DNA of 64,000 nucleotides. Source: Tubiluchus corallicola. Taxonomy: Eukaryota; Animalia; Priapulida. Below the pieces are notes generated by a model. That model made no database searches. It saw only the letters and a program-made list of their open reading frames with translations, and had not been told where the DNA came from. Location: the NCBI GenBank assembly GCA_030141605.1, contig JAQGDQ010000139.1, positions 310,001 to 374,000 on the forward strand. The letters are read 5' to 3'. Below are positions 24,376 through 36,500 of this stretch, piece after piece; positions within the stretch are counted from its first letter, which is position 1; the number at the start of each line of letters is the position of its first letter. A program made the position numbers and the translations under genes.

Positions 24376-27300
24376 TGATAGAAAATCTTTTCAGTACGAA
24401 AAGTACAATGGTACAACCATTTTCAATTTTTTTTCTTAGCAAGTATCTAATAATAATCATTTGTGGTTTAACAAAACTCATACTATCATATATAAATCTG
24501 ATGTTGTAACAACTAGTATTTGTAAGTTAGTAAAAATGCTTGTAACATTTTGTGTAATTTTTGTGACAATAATGTGCGTGCGTGTGTGTATTATATATAG
24601 CTGTATAAAAGTATAAATATTTAGTTACGGATTTCATTCTTATTGTTGAGGTTGGTGTAAGAATTTTGCCATTACTTATATCAAGGTTTGCATAATGAAG
24701 TGCGATTTATACGTAAAACATTGTCGCTTTTACTTTAACATTTATATACTTGTAAGTTCTTATTTTGTTTTATTGTGTCATTTACTTTGTAAGTGGTCAT
24801 GAATTTTTTAAGTTTTTTATGTTTTTGGGTTTCTCACTTGTGATGTAACTCTTATAAACAGATCTGCTTCGTCATGAAGCCGGTCTCGTTCTCATTGTTA
24901 ATGTAATAATTTTTAACCAGTTTATACATTGTGACGTGATACGTAGTGCTGTCACTTTGACTTTGATTAATAATAAAATAACTGCAATGTCTTAATTGTC
25001 CTATTCAATGTTTTAGTTGGTGAGGTGACATTCGTAGAGCTCATTGAATCTCGTGGTTGTGGTGTGGTAGAATTCACAGACAGAGATGTAGCACAAAAAG
25101 CTATTGACGAAATGCACAGACATGAAGTGCGTGGCAGAAAATTGGTTGTTAAACCTGTATGTATCAGTACTGAATATTGTTTTTTATCAGAGCATTATGA
25201 TTAAAAACTGATTTAAAACAGTATACCGTAACAAAGAAAAAATATCCATTTGCTATAGCATTTTTGTTATTTTATGTACATTTTGATTTAGCTTCTGTCT
25301 GGTGATGATTTCTTATCTTCATATTTGTTTATATTGTGAAGGCGATCTAAAATCGCTTCTTCTCGAAGTATAGTGATCGAATAGAAGTTTCACTGTACAT
25401 GGTGCATGAACATCGTTTATAAGCCTTTGTACACAAAATTCACTGATATCACAAAATTTTATTTTTTTCTTCGGTGCCAGCACACTATGTCAATCATAGA
25501 ATTTTTCTTTTATCCTGCTTTTTACATTTTTTATGATTTGGTAAGGATTCATACGAGCTACAGTTTGAAATCAGCATAATAAATTTAGTTTGCATAAAAA
25601 GTTAAGGTTTGTAAGTTGAATTTTGTTTGCAGTTGAATTAAGGAATATCAGTGTTCTAACAAATTCACTTGATCAGAAGGAAAATTTGAATCTTACAGCA
25701 GTGAACTACTCAGTTTTCGCCAACACTACCCACCCTTCAATTGCAATTTGAGTTACAAGCTTTTGCGTGGGAGGTATGGGTTTAGGTGATCTCTGAAATC
25801 ATCTCTGTGTCAAAATTGCTTTCAGTCAGGTACATTGCTGCCTGGCTGCTGTTCAGCAACACAGACAATGAAAATGCTGCTGTGTAACTGTGTAATAAAG
25901 TAGCAATCAAGAGTCTGTTTTTCAAAATACAATTTACATTTGTTTTTCAGGACAGAGAAGTCTACCATGACAATTCTCGCCGTGGGAGAGGCGATGGTAT
26001 GGGTAGTGGTGGAGGGGGAGGAGGAGGAATGCAAATGAATGATATGGGAATGAACATGGGAATAGCAGCAGGAAATTTGGGACTTGGTTTAGGTTTAGGT
26101 GGATTAGGTGGTGGTGGAAATTTGGGCATGGGTGGAGGTCTCGGTTTAGGCATGGGTGGCAGTGGAGGTGGAGGAGGGGGATTAGGTTTTGGCGGTGGCA
26201 ATATTGGTGGAATGGGACTAGGTCAAACCATGGGAACTGGAGGAGGAAGTGGAATTGGATCAGGGAGAAGCGGAGTGTCAAACATGAACATGTATGGCAT
26301 TGATCCTCAAATATTACAACGACTTGGTATTGAATTACCATTGACGTGCAAAGTTTTTGTGGCTAATGTAAGTTATTTAGCATTGATAAATATAAGTAAA
26401 TATGGTGTTTATAAAAAACTTAATTAAACAATTTTTAAAGGGCAGAAATGAATTTTTATATTTTCATGTAAAATCTAGATTTTACTTAACACAAAACTTT
26501 ACAAAAGTACTACAATAATTTCGTGTTTTGCTCTTTCATTTATGGCAGCATCACGCTAATATTAACTTTTTTCTAAATCATAAGTGTATAAATTTTTGCT
26601 ACCTTTAACTTTAACAATAAATTTATTGTTATGAAATAAATTTATTTTTCAGCTTGATTATAAGGTAACAGAGAAGAAAGTGAGAGAAATTTTTGAACTG
26701 GCTGGCAAAGTTTTATCTGTTGATTTGAAAACTGACCAAGATGGTAAAAGCAAGGGCATAGCTTTAGTTGAATATGAGCATCCAGTAGAGGCTGTTCAAG
26801 CTATTTCCATGCTAAAGGGACAACTGTTGTTTGGTCGAACAATTACAATTCGAATGGTAAATTAACATGAGTTCAGCAGTTTTTTCTTTGTAATTTGTAT
26901 GCTTTATTTAAAAATGGATGTCTATTTCTATTGTGATGTATATCTAAATTGTATCATTCGAAATGTGTTTGTAGTGTTTTGTATGGTTTACTAGTTTTTT
27001 CCATGGCACGCGCTTTATATATAACCATCAGTTTTTACCTGCCATCGATTAGCCAGTTATGATTCAGAGTTTACTGTTTTCAGAGTTGACGCTACTGGGC
27101 AAGCGTCAAATTGAGGGGAAATTTTAAATTCGCACGCGTGCAGCATCCTTTAGCGAAGGGTACTCCAGAGTGAGCTGCTGCACCTCAGTGCAAAACTGCT
27201 TTTTAACTTGTAGCAGGAAGTTTGTGCAGTATGCTGTATAGTGCAGTCATATGTTCACATGTTAACTTCCCATAATAAGCAAGAGATCTCTGGAGATATG

Positions 27301-27464
27301 ATCGTTAGCTACAGGTCAGTCTCTCGTTCCTCTCTTAACATTACCTGTACCGATTTCAGCATTCAGTCTTCTTACAGAATGTGATGAAGTGTTTATGTGG
27401 CTGAACTGTACACAATATATTTTTTAATTGTTGCTCTTTTAATAATTTTGTGCTCGTATTACCC

Positions 27465-27496
<32 letters not shown>

Positions 27497-30400
27497 CATA
27501 TCATATGTATATTTTGACAGGATCGCTTGAGTGATAAACCTGAACTTCCCAAAAGATTACCAGGTAATAATTGAAAATAATATATTAGTGCAATAGTTCG
27601 TATGACTAACATCTTTTAAAAATTTTGTTGTGTGTTGAGTGTCATTTTATAATGGCATGTCAATGGTTACTTTTACCAAGTTGATCTGTAGTTCATTATA
27701 ATGCTGCTAAATCTGTTGAAACTTACACCAATAGTTTGGATATCTACTAAATTTATATACATATTTTGTTACTTAATTTTCAAATGAGATATTTAAAGCT
27801 GTTTGATTAAAACAGTCAGGTATGGTGCAAATTTGTATTCGATTATGTACTTGATTTAATGTAGGTATAGAATATTCGAACAAATGCTTAAATAATTGCA
27901 TTTAAAACCGACTTGAACTAAGTTGTAACAAGCTCAACGATCATAAACAAAATTTGAATGACAGTAGTCCTTCGTGTAATTTGCAGTTATGCAGATTATT
28001 GCATTGCCTGCAGCAGTTGCAAGCTTCCAGTCTAATTTACAGAGCCAGGTCGGTAAATTATCACCGAACCAGTCTATATGAAACGAATTCTAGTACACAG
28101 TGGTGTATAAGGACGATCCTGAATAATTTTGCCGTAGACAACTGTGAAAATAAATGCATCTGTCCTTGAGCACGAATGAATTTCTTTTTATTGTACGCAC
28201 GACTAATAAGTTGTTTATTTTCTGGAAGGACGATCTTTTCCATGCCTTTTTTCACGTATAAGCATATTTCATACTTTAATGATGTCAAGTATCCCTATGC
28301 AATTTGTGATGCTAATTCCATGGGATTATGACACATCTGGCATGATAGCTCAATACATTCCTTTATTGTAAGACAAATGTTTTCTTCATTGTAGAGCATT
28401 ATCAATGTTGAACAAAGGGAGAAATCTAAAAACAAACTTGAGTACTATCACAGCATATTTCAGTCAAAATCAATTGGCTATTGCAGATATGTATATGTAT
28501 ATTGTTTAGGCTTACTTGAGCAAAATTGTCATAAAATTTGACCTTCTCAGTAACAAAACTTCGTAATTTCACGAATTGTCCTATTCTAGCTAATGTTTAA
28601 ATTTTAGGATGTTCATTTTAACATACTTTGAATGCAAGGCATTCTTACTAATAAAAAACTTTTTTTCAGCTGGTCTATCGGGTATTGGTGCTGGTTTAGG
28701 ATTACATGGTAACAGAATAACAAATGTAAAAGAAATGGCTCAAGGTAAATTGTTTATTATAATATTTGTTTGTTAAAGGCCTTTATTTATTATCTGCCTA
28801 CATGGACAGATTTGTATCAAATATTAATCATATTCACCTATTATCATCACTGGTTCATTTTAAGCTTTCTTGTAAATAATGAAGACGTATTTACATTAAA
28901 AGAAACATACTAGTCAGTTAAGGGATTGCTGTTTGATTGCTCATGGTTATTGAAAATGTATTTTAGGTGGTCCAGTAGATGCACCTGCTAATATTTCTGG
29001 CGGAAGCTCTAGTGGACTTGGCATGGGTGGTAGTGGTGGATCACTTGGTGGCATGGGTAAGCATTATTTTATCATATTATTAACTTGTTGCACTAATTCA
29101 ATTTTGACTGTCAACTACAATATGTTGGTGTTCAGCAGTATCATGACGCTAATTTACGTCTGTAGTTTTTGAAAAGATTTCGAAGCTGTACTTAGCGTCG
29201 TCATCAAAGTGATTTGGGCGATCTTTTAATGCTTTAAAATTTGTTTTACTTTGTGTGTGTTTTACAATAGGATATGATAATCCATTGCAAATCATAAATA
29301 GTGGGATGTACTCTATTACATTTTTGTGAATATTATGCTATTGCACTTAATTATTATTCCTTATTTTTATTGAGCTTTGTTTCATTTGATTGAGTTTGGA
29401 TATGTAAAACTTGTTTTATTTGAATAATAGGAAAGAAATCACTGCCTTGATGATGTGTTAGTGTGGTGTGGCCTCATATTTAAGTACCGAAATTCCTTGT
29501 AAATTTATTTTGTATAAATAAAATACTTTGTATTATTGCATTTGGTTAAATTTTATGGTTATTAATAGCCAAATTGTTGCATAACTAAGAAGCGATTTTT
29601 ATATTTTTATTTACACCAGGTCTGGGTGGTACCAGCATGGGAATGGGAATGGACATGGCTAATTTAGGAGGAGGTGGTGCTGGGGTTGCAGGTGGTGGAC
29701 TTGGTAGTTTGGGGGGAGGAATGAGTGGTAATTTGGGAGTTGCAACAAGTGCTGGTCTTGGGAGCAATGCTCTGTCGGGTTTGGGTAGCAGTTTGGGTGG
29801 CCTGGGTGATTTGAGTAATCTTGGAAGTAATACAGGACTAACTGGTCAGGGCCTCACATCTGGTTCCTTAGGAGGTGGCGGTCTGAGTGGACTAGGTAAC
29901 CTAAGTGGTATAGCTGGTCTTGGAAGTGGTTTGGGAGGTAATTTGGGAAACCTGTCTGGGATGGGTTTGGGAACAGGTCTTGGATCAGCAGGTTTGAACA
30001 TGTCACAGCAATCCGGCATGGGTGATTTTAGCATGCGAGATCGATTAGGGCGGGATCGCGATCGAGGTATGGACAGAAGAGACAGAGATGGAATGGACAG
30101 AGGCGGAAGCGACAATACTGTATTTATTAGAAATGTGAGTGTCAATTTCTGTTCAATTTTTATGTAATACTATTAATTCTCTAGGTATATTTATTTATGC
30201 ACTCTTATTTTTTTATTTATATAATGTGCTATTTCCTTAGCAACCACTGAAGCATTTGTCACAAATTCAAACGGGTTGTTGAGTCTGGTGGTTTACTTTT
30301 CAATTTTGGGCACGTGTGAGGAATAAAATCATGTTGAAGTGATCACCAAATTAATGTTGGTTGTAAAAATGGATGAACTATGAGTTAAATTTAATGCAAA

Positions 30401-31801
30401 TAAATGTTTTTTCAGCACTAAACAAAGTGTGGTAAATGTGAAATAAGCATTTGGGAAAAGTTAATTTAGTGTCAAAAATTAAACACCAAATTTTTTTGAG
30501 AATAGTCAATAATTAATGACAAATCATGAGTTCTCTGGTGAGTTTTTATGATAATGTTTTTTTTTGCAGCTTCCATTTAGCGTAACTTGGCAAATGTTGA
30601 AGGAAAGGTTGCGTGAAGTTGCTGATGTGAAATATATAGAGATGAAGAGTAAAGGCTGTGCAACCGTCTCGTTTTTTTCAAGAGAAGATGCTGATCGTGT
30701 CATTAGTATCCTTTGTTTGCTGCATTTTTTGTGATGGTCAGTGAGTGATTAACTATCTGTTATGTTGGGTTTGGTTATTTTGATAGTTTGGGGGCGAAAG
30801 TGCATTTAATTCAATAATTGTGAATCTCTTATATTAATATTCTTGGTATATATATATATTTATTTATTTATTTATATATATATAAGATTCGAGGCTACAG
30901 CCCGGACGAGGGCACCATTTGCGGCGATCTACATATCAAACGAAAGGTCTCGATCTAGTGTCTTCTCATTGATGGTTTATTTTTCGAATCGGGCCCACAG
31001 CGAGGAAGGGGAGGCGAAAAACCTCCAAAAATGGCCATTTTTCGGCCGTTTTTTGCAAAAGTTATACGGCTGAGATGTAGAGAACGGGAACGGGCCGAGG
31101 GGGGTACTGAGTATGGATAGATAGCCCGTTCAGCCGTGGGTGTCATAGGCCTATTTAGAATTCCCAAGAGGGCCAGGGCGCCCCGCAACGGGCGTTTTCC
31201 CGGCCCCAACTCGCGATTTTTTCGAAATTTTGAGCAAACAGCCTGCGGGAAAAACGTTCTAGCGGCGCCCGGTGGTACTCTCGGAAGGAGATATATAGAT
31301 CTTTACAAAGAAGAAGAACGGGGCTACACGATGATGTGGGATATATGTTAGGGCAGGTCCACCGAGAGGAGTACTGGCGAGTTAATTAGAGGTTCCATTT
31401 TCGGCAATTTTCGCTTAGAAAACTGCTGATGCAAAGGCATTGTTGTGACGTCATCCATTGTACTCTGCTGTAATCTTATAGCTTTAATTCAGCAAAAAGC
31501 TGCAACAGGCTTTGCGTTAGTTAAACAAACTGTAGGCATGATGTTACGGGCTTTGCGTTATAAATGTGGACTAGGTAGGATGTTCGCGTGTTATTGATTA
31601 TACGTGGTTTTTTACGCAAAATCTTTTGCGGGGCGTTTGTGTAATGTTAATTTAGAAGATCCAAAAAAACTTTGCTCTATTTTGGTATTTTTGACATTTA
31701 AATACCTGCTGTTTTTCCTTAACATTCACTCTGTAGATTTGATGAATGGTGTACGGATTGATGGACGGCAAATAGAGGTTCGTTTTGATCGTTACAATTA
31801 A
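22014..31801 (+). CDS. HNRNPM: hnRNP M / myelin expression factor 2-like RNA-binding protein with 3 RRMs, 643 aa. Exons 22014-22057, 24089-24291, 25017-25156, 25951-26367, 26653-26856, 27521-27563, 28670-28744, 28967-29056, 29620-30134, 30570-30705, 31737-31801
   Basis: In-phase splicing gives 1932 nt. RRM1 RVYVSNIPYDMKWQDIKDLFREKVGEVTFVEL; RRM2 VFVANLDYKV...EHPVEAVQAISML; RRM3 VFIRNLPFSVTWQMLKE...MNGVRIDGRQIEVRFDR; Gly/Met-rich linkers. Probably co-orthologous to vertebrate HNRNPM and MYEF2. Confidence 0.92.
24324..24372. repeat. (TA)n microsatellite
   Basis: Visible run; another lies at about 27465-27491. Confidence 0.95.
30706..31736 (+). other. U12-type (minor spliceosome) GT-AG intron
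   Basis: The 5' splice site is GTATCCTTT and a branch point TTCCTTAAC lies at 31715-31723, about 13 nt from the 3' AG. Splicing restores RRM3 (DRVI-N-LMNG). Confidence 0.92.
30825..31580. mobile_element. GC-rich non-autonomous element (possibly Helitron-derived) inside the U12 intron
   Basis: Abrupt CpG-rich block in an AT-rich intron, starting TCTCTTATATTAATATT followed by a (TA)/(TTTA) microsatellite; contains an ATATCAAACGAAAG motif; candidate CTAG end at about 31571-31574. The right boundary is uncertain. Confidence 0.5.
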
Positions 31802-33326
31802 TTGTGAATCGTGGTTCGTTGTTTGCACTCTTGAATCTTCATGTCTTTGATTGTCAACAGCCATGGTTTATCATCAGCATTCCGCAGTGTTGTTAACTCG
31901 GTTTTTCCCGATTTATTTTTGCCTAGGCGACTTTCTATTTGTCTGTCTGGCGATTTTGTTTTCATGATGGACTGATGGTTGGTTTTTCGAAAAACTGTCT
32001 GTGTCGTACCAACTCGCATGGGCACTTCTTTACAATCATTACTGAATTTTGCGATGTATTTGTGAGGCTTTAGATAGCTTGACTGCTGAAAAGAAATGTT
32101 ATTAGATCTCAAAAGGTGCTTTTACGATCGGCAAATTTGATTTTATCTGTTAAAGGGATGGGCATGGCTTATTTTAATTGCAGGCAAATATTTTGTGTTT
32201 GTTTTTATCTGCCAAAGTTACTGATTTGTCAGAAATTTCAGTGTTTATGAAGACATGCCTGGTATGGAGACTAATATCGCACTTTTTGTATTTTATAAGT
32301 TTGCGTCATACAGTTATTGTGCATTTATGTTGCGTAATTCACTTTCCCATTGTGCAAAATTTCTCATTTTAGGGAAAATGTTACCTGCAAAATGAAATAA
32401 GGCACTTTTACCTTGCTTCTTGTCATGGTTGTAAACCTTTTGTTAACTGTAAGTCCAGATAAACTGTTTATCATATTTTTTGTGAGTTTCTTCTCATTTC
32501 TACGTGAGATATTCAGCGTTTGAATCAGTTCTTTAGCTAATTATTTTGGTGGATTCTGAGGTGTTTCAAAAATTTCAAAAAAGGATGTTTTGTATGCGGA
32601 CAAGTGTTACTCATGTATTTGCAAGTTTATTACAGCTATAGTTTGTGTATCTCGTCTTGTCTTTTGCACATTCAAATTTGGAATTGTAGTCATCTCACAT
32701 GTATATCTTAGGTTTTAATTGTTCGATATTTTGTCATTGTTTGCTTTGGCCATTGTTCATCGTATTGGTGACAACTGCCGAAAAAACTTATATTCATAAT
32801 GCTGTTCATTGTCAGTCTTTTATGAGAATAAATATTTCAATTTCAATTTAATATACTTCGTAATGCTGTATTGTTTATTGTTTTATATCATTATATATAG
32901 TTATAGTTTCAAGAGTTTGCCGATTGGTTGCACATCATTTACATAGTATTTAAAATGCGTTGTAGTACAGTAAGTAGTAGGTTCATGGATTCAGTTACCA
33001 ATAGTTGTTATCTAACTGTGCTTCTTATTCTAGCAGTATAGCTTCGGAAAACTCTTAGTATTTCAAAAATATGGTCTTGACCGAGACCCAAATTCTTTAT
33101 GGAGCACTATACCCCATGTATTTTCAACTGCATTGCAGCATGCTTGTTAATCTGGTAACGAAACCTTGTACCGTATTTCTTATTCAGGACAGACACGGCT
33201 TAGAATTGTCCCTAGGTGTTAATGGCTATAATTGCATTAGTTTAGCATCGTCTGTTAAAAGAGAAATAGAAAGGAAGCTTCAAACTTAATTTTAGGAAAT
33301 TGAAATGAAGTTGTGGAACAAATAAC

Positions 33327-33522
33327 CAGTTGCCTTCTCTTGTTGGAACTTGTTTTGGTGAGAATTTCATGATACGATGCTGAATCATTAATTGTAGCGA
33401 AGTTTTAATTGAACGAGTAGCTAGTTCCTCTTTCTTGTTGGAACTGGTTCTGGTGAGAATTTCATGATACCTTGCTGAATCATTAATTGTAACAAGGTTT
33501 TAGTCGAACGAGTAGCCAGTTC
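33327..33522. repeat. Two-copy tandem duplication of about 95 bp
   Basis: cttgttggaact..ggtgagaatttcatgatac..tgctgaatcattaattgta..gaacgagtagc occurs twice. Confidence 0.85.
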
Positions 33523-36500
33523 GCTTTTGATGGAAGTATTCTGGCTGCATCATGTAAACCATTTCAGGTTTTCTTTTTTGCTACCGGAAAAATCAGTCTT
33601 TGGTCTTTTTCCTAGCAGCTAAATTTTCACATCTAATGTTTTCCAATGAGATAATAAATGTGCCATTTATTAGTTATCTTTAATATTTAATGAGCTAGTT
33701 TGTTGGAGAAGTTAGCAGAGCTCATTATCACACTTCCTTATTGTTTACGATTCACTTTGTGCCCCTGCTAAGAAAAACTAAAATTCACTGTATTGTGGTG
33801 AAGCCATGGTGGTAGCCATTCCTTAGTTTGAGCCTTAGGGGTTGTGTTTCCGGAAATGTATGCTATTTGATTAGCAGGTGCAAGTACTGAACAATTCATA
33901 TATATATATATATCAGGTGGCACAAAAAATGTGCCAAAGTTTTAACCACTATGTTATAAGAAGATAATGATGGAATTTCTTGAAAATTAACACACTGATG
34001 TTACATATGCTTATATGTATAAACAGCGGAAATTTTAGGTCATTCCCTTAGATTTTTCCTATGATACAGAAATCTGTGTGTCATTATTGTTAAAATTGAC
34101 AGCAGTGCTCTGTGTCCACCGTTCTCACTGCAAACTAGATGAATGCGTTTCTTGTAACTGCTGTGATAGTTCCTTACTGCTTTGAGAGGCATTTGTTCCC
34201 TGTTCTCAAAGTTTTGCATTTAGTTCCTCCACATCAGATGGCCCTGTACAGCACAACCATTGTATGTTTTCTCTGGGAATTCAAGATAGCTTATTTCATA
34301 TTATTAAGTTCCATTTTTTCTTAACAGCAAATCTTTACCAATACTATTTTCTGTGATTAAGATCACTATGTAAGCTGGTTGATTTCTTTGTTGTTTTGCT
34401 GTCATATGTTGAGTGCCTTTTACACATTGGCTATTTTTCAATTGCTGATTAGCTGATTTATCCGGCATTTAAATTTTTAACACGGAAAAGTTTATTGGTC
34501 ATCACTGAAAGAACGACTAAAACTGTGAATTTGTAACCTTTACAGCTAAAAGTCAGTGTGTTGTAGTATTGCGCTAAGAAATTTCAACTTTAACTAGCTT
34601 CTAATAAACACCAGATGGAATAATAATTCAGTGCTTGATAGTATGCTAAATTTTGGTTGTATGTAAATGGATTTAAACAGAGTAGCAGTTAATCACAAAA
34701 ATTTACTCTTGGTATATCAAAGCATTTGTTTACTCCAGGTCATATGTCTTGAGTCTTTTATGTATCCACATTACTAAAAGACCAACTGTGAAGACAAAGT
34801 TATTCTTTTCAGTTGCTTTGTTACCACTTTGACCTCTTTTTCGTGGTGGAGTTCCAAAATTGAATTGACAAATATCTCACATACTAGTGTGAATGTTGAC
34901 ATTCCAGTTTAGTAGTCTTTACTAGCCTAATTGTCTTATTTGTTGCTAACAATAAGGAGGTTGCTCAACAACAACAACATTATTATTAATGTGATGAAAG
35001 TGTTTGTTAATCATGCAAATTCCTTGGACTGTGAGAGATAAAATTTTACTAGTGGAGTTGGCAAAGCCTGTGATGTATTATGGTCGAGGGACTCGCTGAA
35101 TTCCAGAAGTGTAAATAAAAAATCTGATTGTCAGTGGACGCAACATTTATTCTAGTTCCCTTGCAGTTTTATGATGACTTGTGCAAACCTCCGATCTGCT
35201 TTGAACTGGTGAAGGTTTTCGTTTTGCTAGAAAATGATAGTAGTGGAATTCAGAATGGCGGATCCAAAGTATGACTCCATCAACTGATATGGTATTTGTT
35301 CTACATATATTTCTATAAAGTTTGCTGATGATTCATTTTGGATTCTTGTAGACGATCCATTGTGAATCCATGGAGTCTTGGACTTTTTAGGTTATTTCCT
35401 AGCAAGAACAATAGCTACAGCAACATCCAGATGAGTAGCGATTTGACCCGAGACCTCAACCAAAAATGACCTATAAATAACTATTAAGTTGAATCCGCTC
35501 CCAGTTTTATAGCAGCAACCAGGCTTTGCAAAGTTTTTGGTTAATTAATTAAAACCAGTTCATTTCATAACGATAGCCGTGCAGTCTCCTATTGTGATAA
35601 TAGTCTTATATTGTCAACCAGTGTGATGGATGATGTAATTGCGATGTTCCGTTATTTGCTTTCATTTGACAAATAGATGACAAGGCCTCCCATATGCTCT
35701 TGAGACTTATGTTTGCCGACCACTGGATGAATGTTGTTTTTGCAGTTCATTTGTCCTCGACTTTGTTCTAAACCGCTCTCAAAGCAGTTGGTACAATGAA
35801 TGTTTTTGGTTGAAACAGGAACTGCTCTTTTTCTCACTGTATTTATTTAGTAATACTTGCATGTTTAAGTTGTTACAGTGAACTGTGATCAGTCTGTCTT
35901 TTAGAACATCTAGCTCACTCAGTACATGTTATTATGAACAATATTAGTTCATCCAAACGAGTTTAACTCGATATAATTACAAGTGCTCTATGGTTTAGCT
36001 TTTTGCGTGATATCATGGGGGAAAAAGTTTTCGTAGCAACGCAACGACTGAGGAAGATTATTGCACTTGACATCATGCAGTATTTTGATGTCACGTGCAA
36101 TAAATTCACACTTCATTACCTGTTAAAAATGTTTGAATGTAAAGCAGGTAGATACACTTGTTTGTGAGGCATTACCTTTTCAACAAGAATAAAGACTTAA
36201 AATTCAAATTTCAGTGAAATTTTACCAATCTGTTCTTGACAAAGAAGTTATCATCTGTCTTTAGAATGTAGAAGAAAGGATTTAAAAACAATCACATATT
36301 GGTGTTCAGGGTAGCGGTATGAAGTTATGTTTTTGATCAGTTGGATGTCGTATCTCATTTGGTATTAACGGCTATGATGACAATGATGAGCTATTGAAAT
36401 CTGCACATTAATGCAAAACTTTGCGTGGTGGCACAAGTTCATGATTCATCGCAGACTTGTGTCATCAATGAATGGTCGAGTGACTTCATATTTTACCCAT

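Noticed and set aside
24090-24416. ORFs containing YIYIYI runs (also 50835-51017)
   Set aside because: Translations of TA microsatellites.
25822-26341. Pro/His-rich minus-strand ORFs (also 29585-30145)
   Set aside because: Antisense shadows of the Gly-rich hnRNP M exons.
30843-31351. Three overlapping ORFs in a GC-rich block
   Set aside because: They lie in a TE-like insertion within an intron and have no protein motifs.
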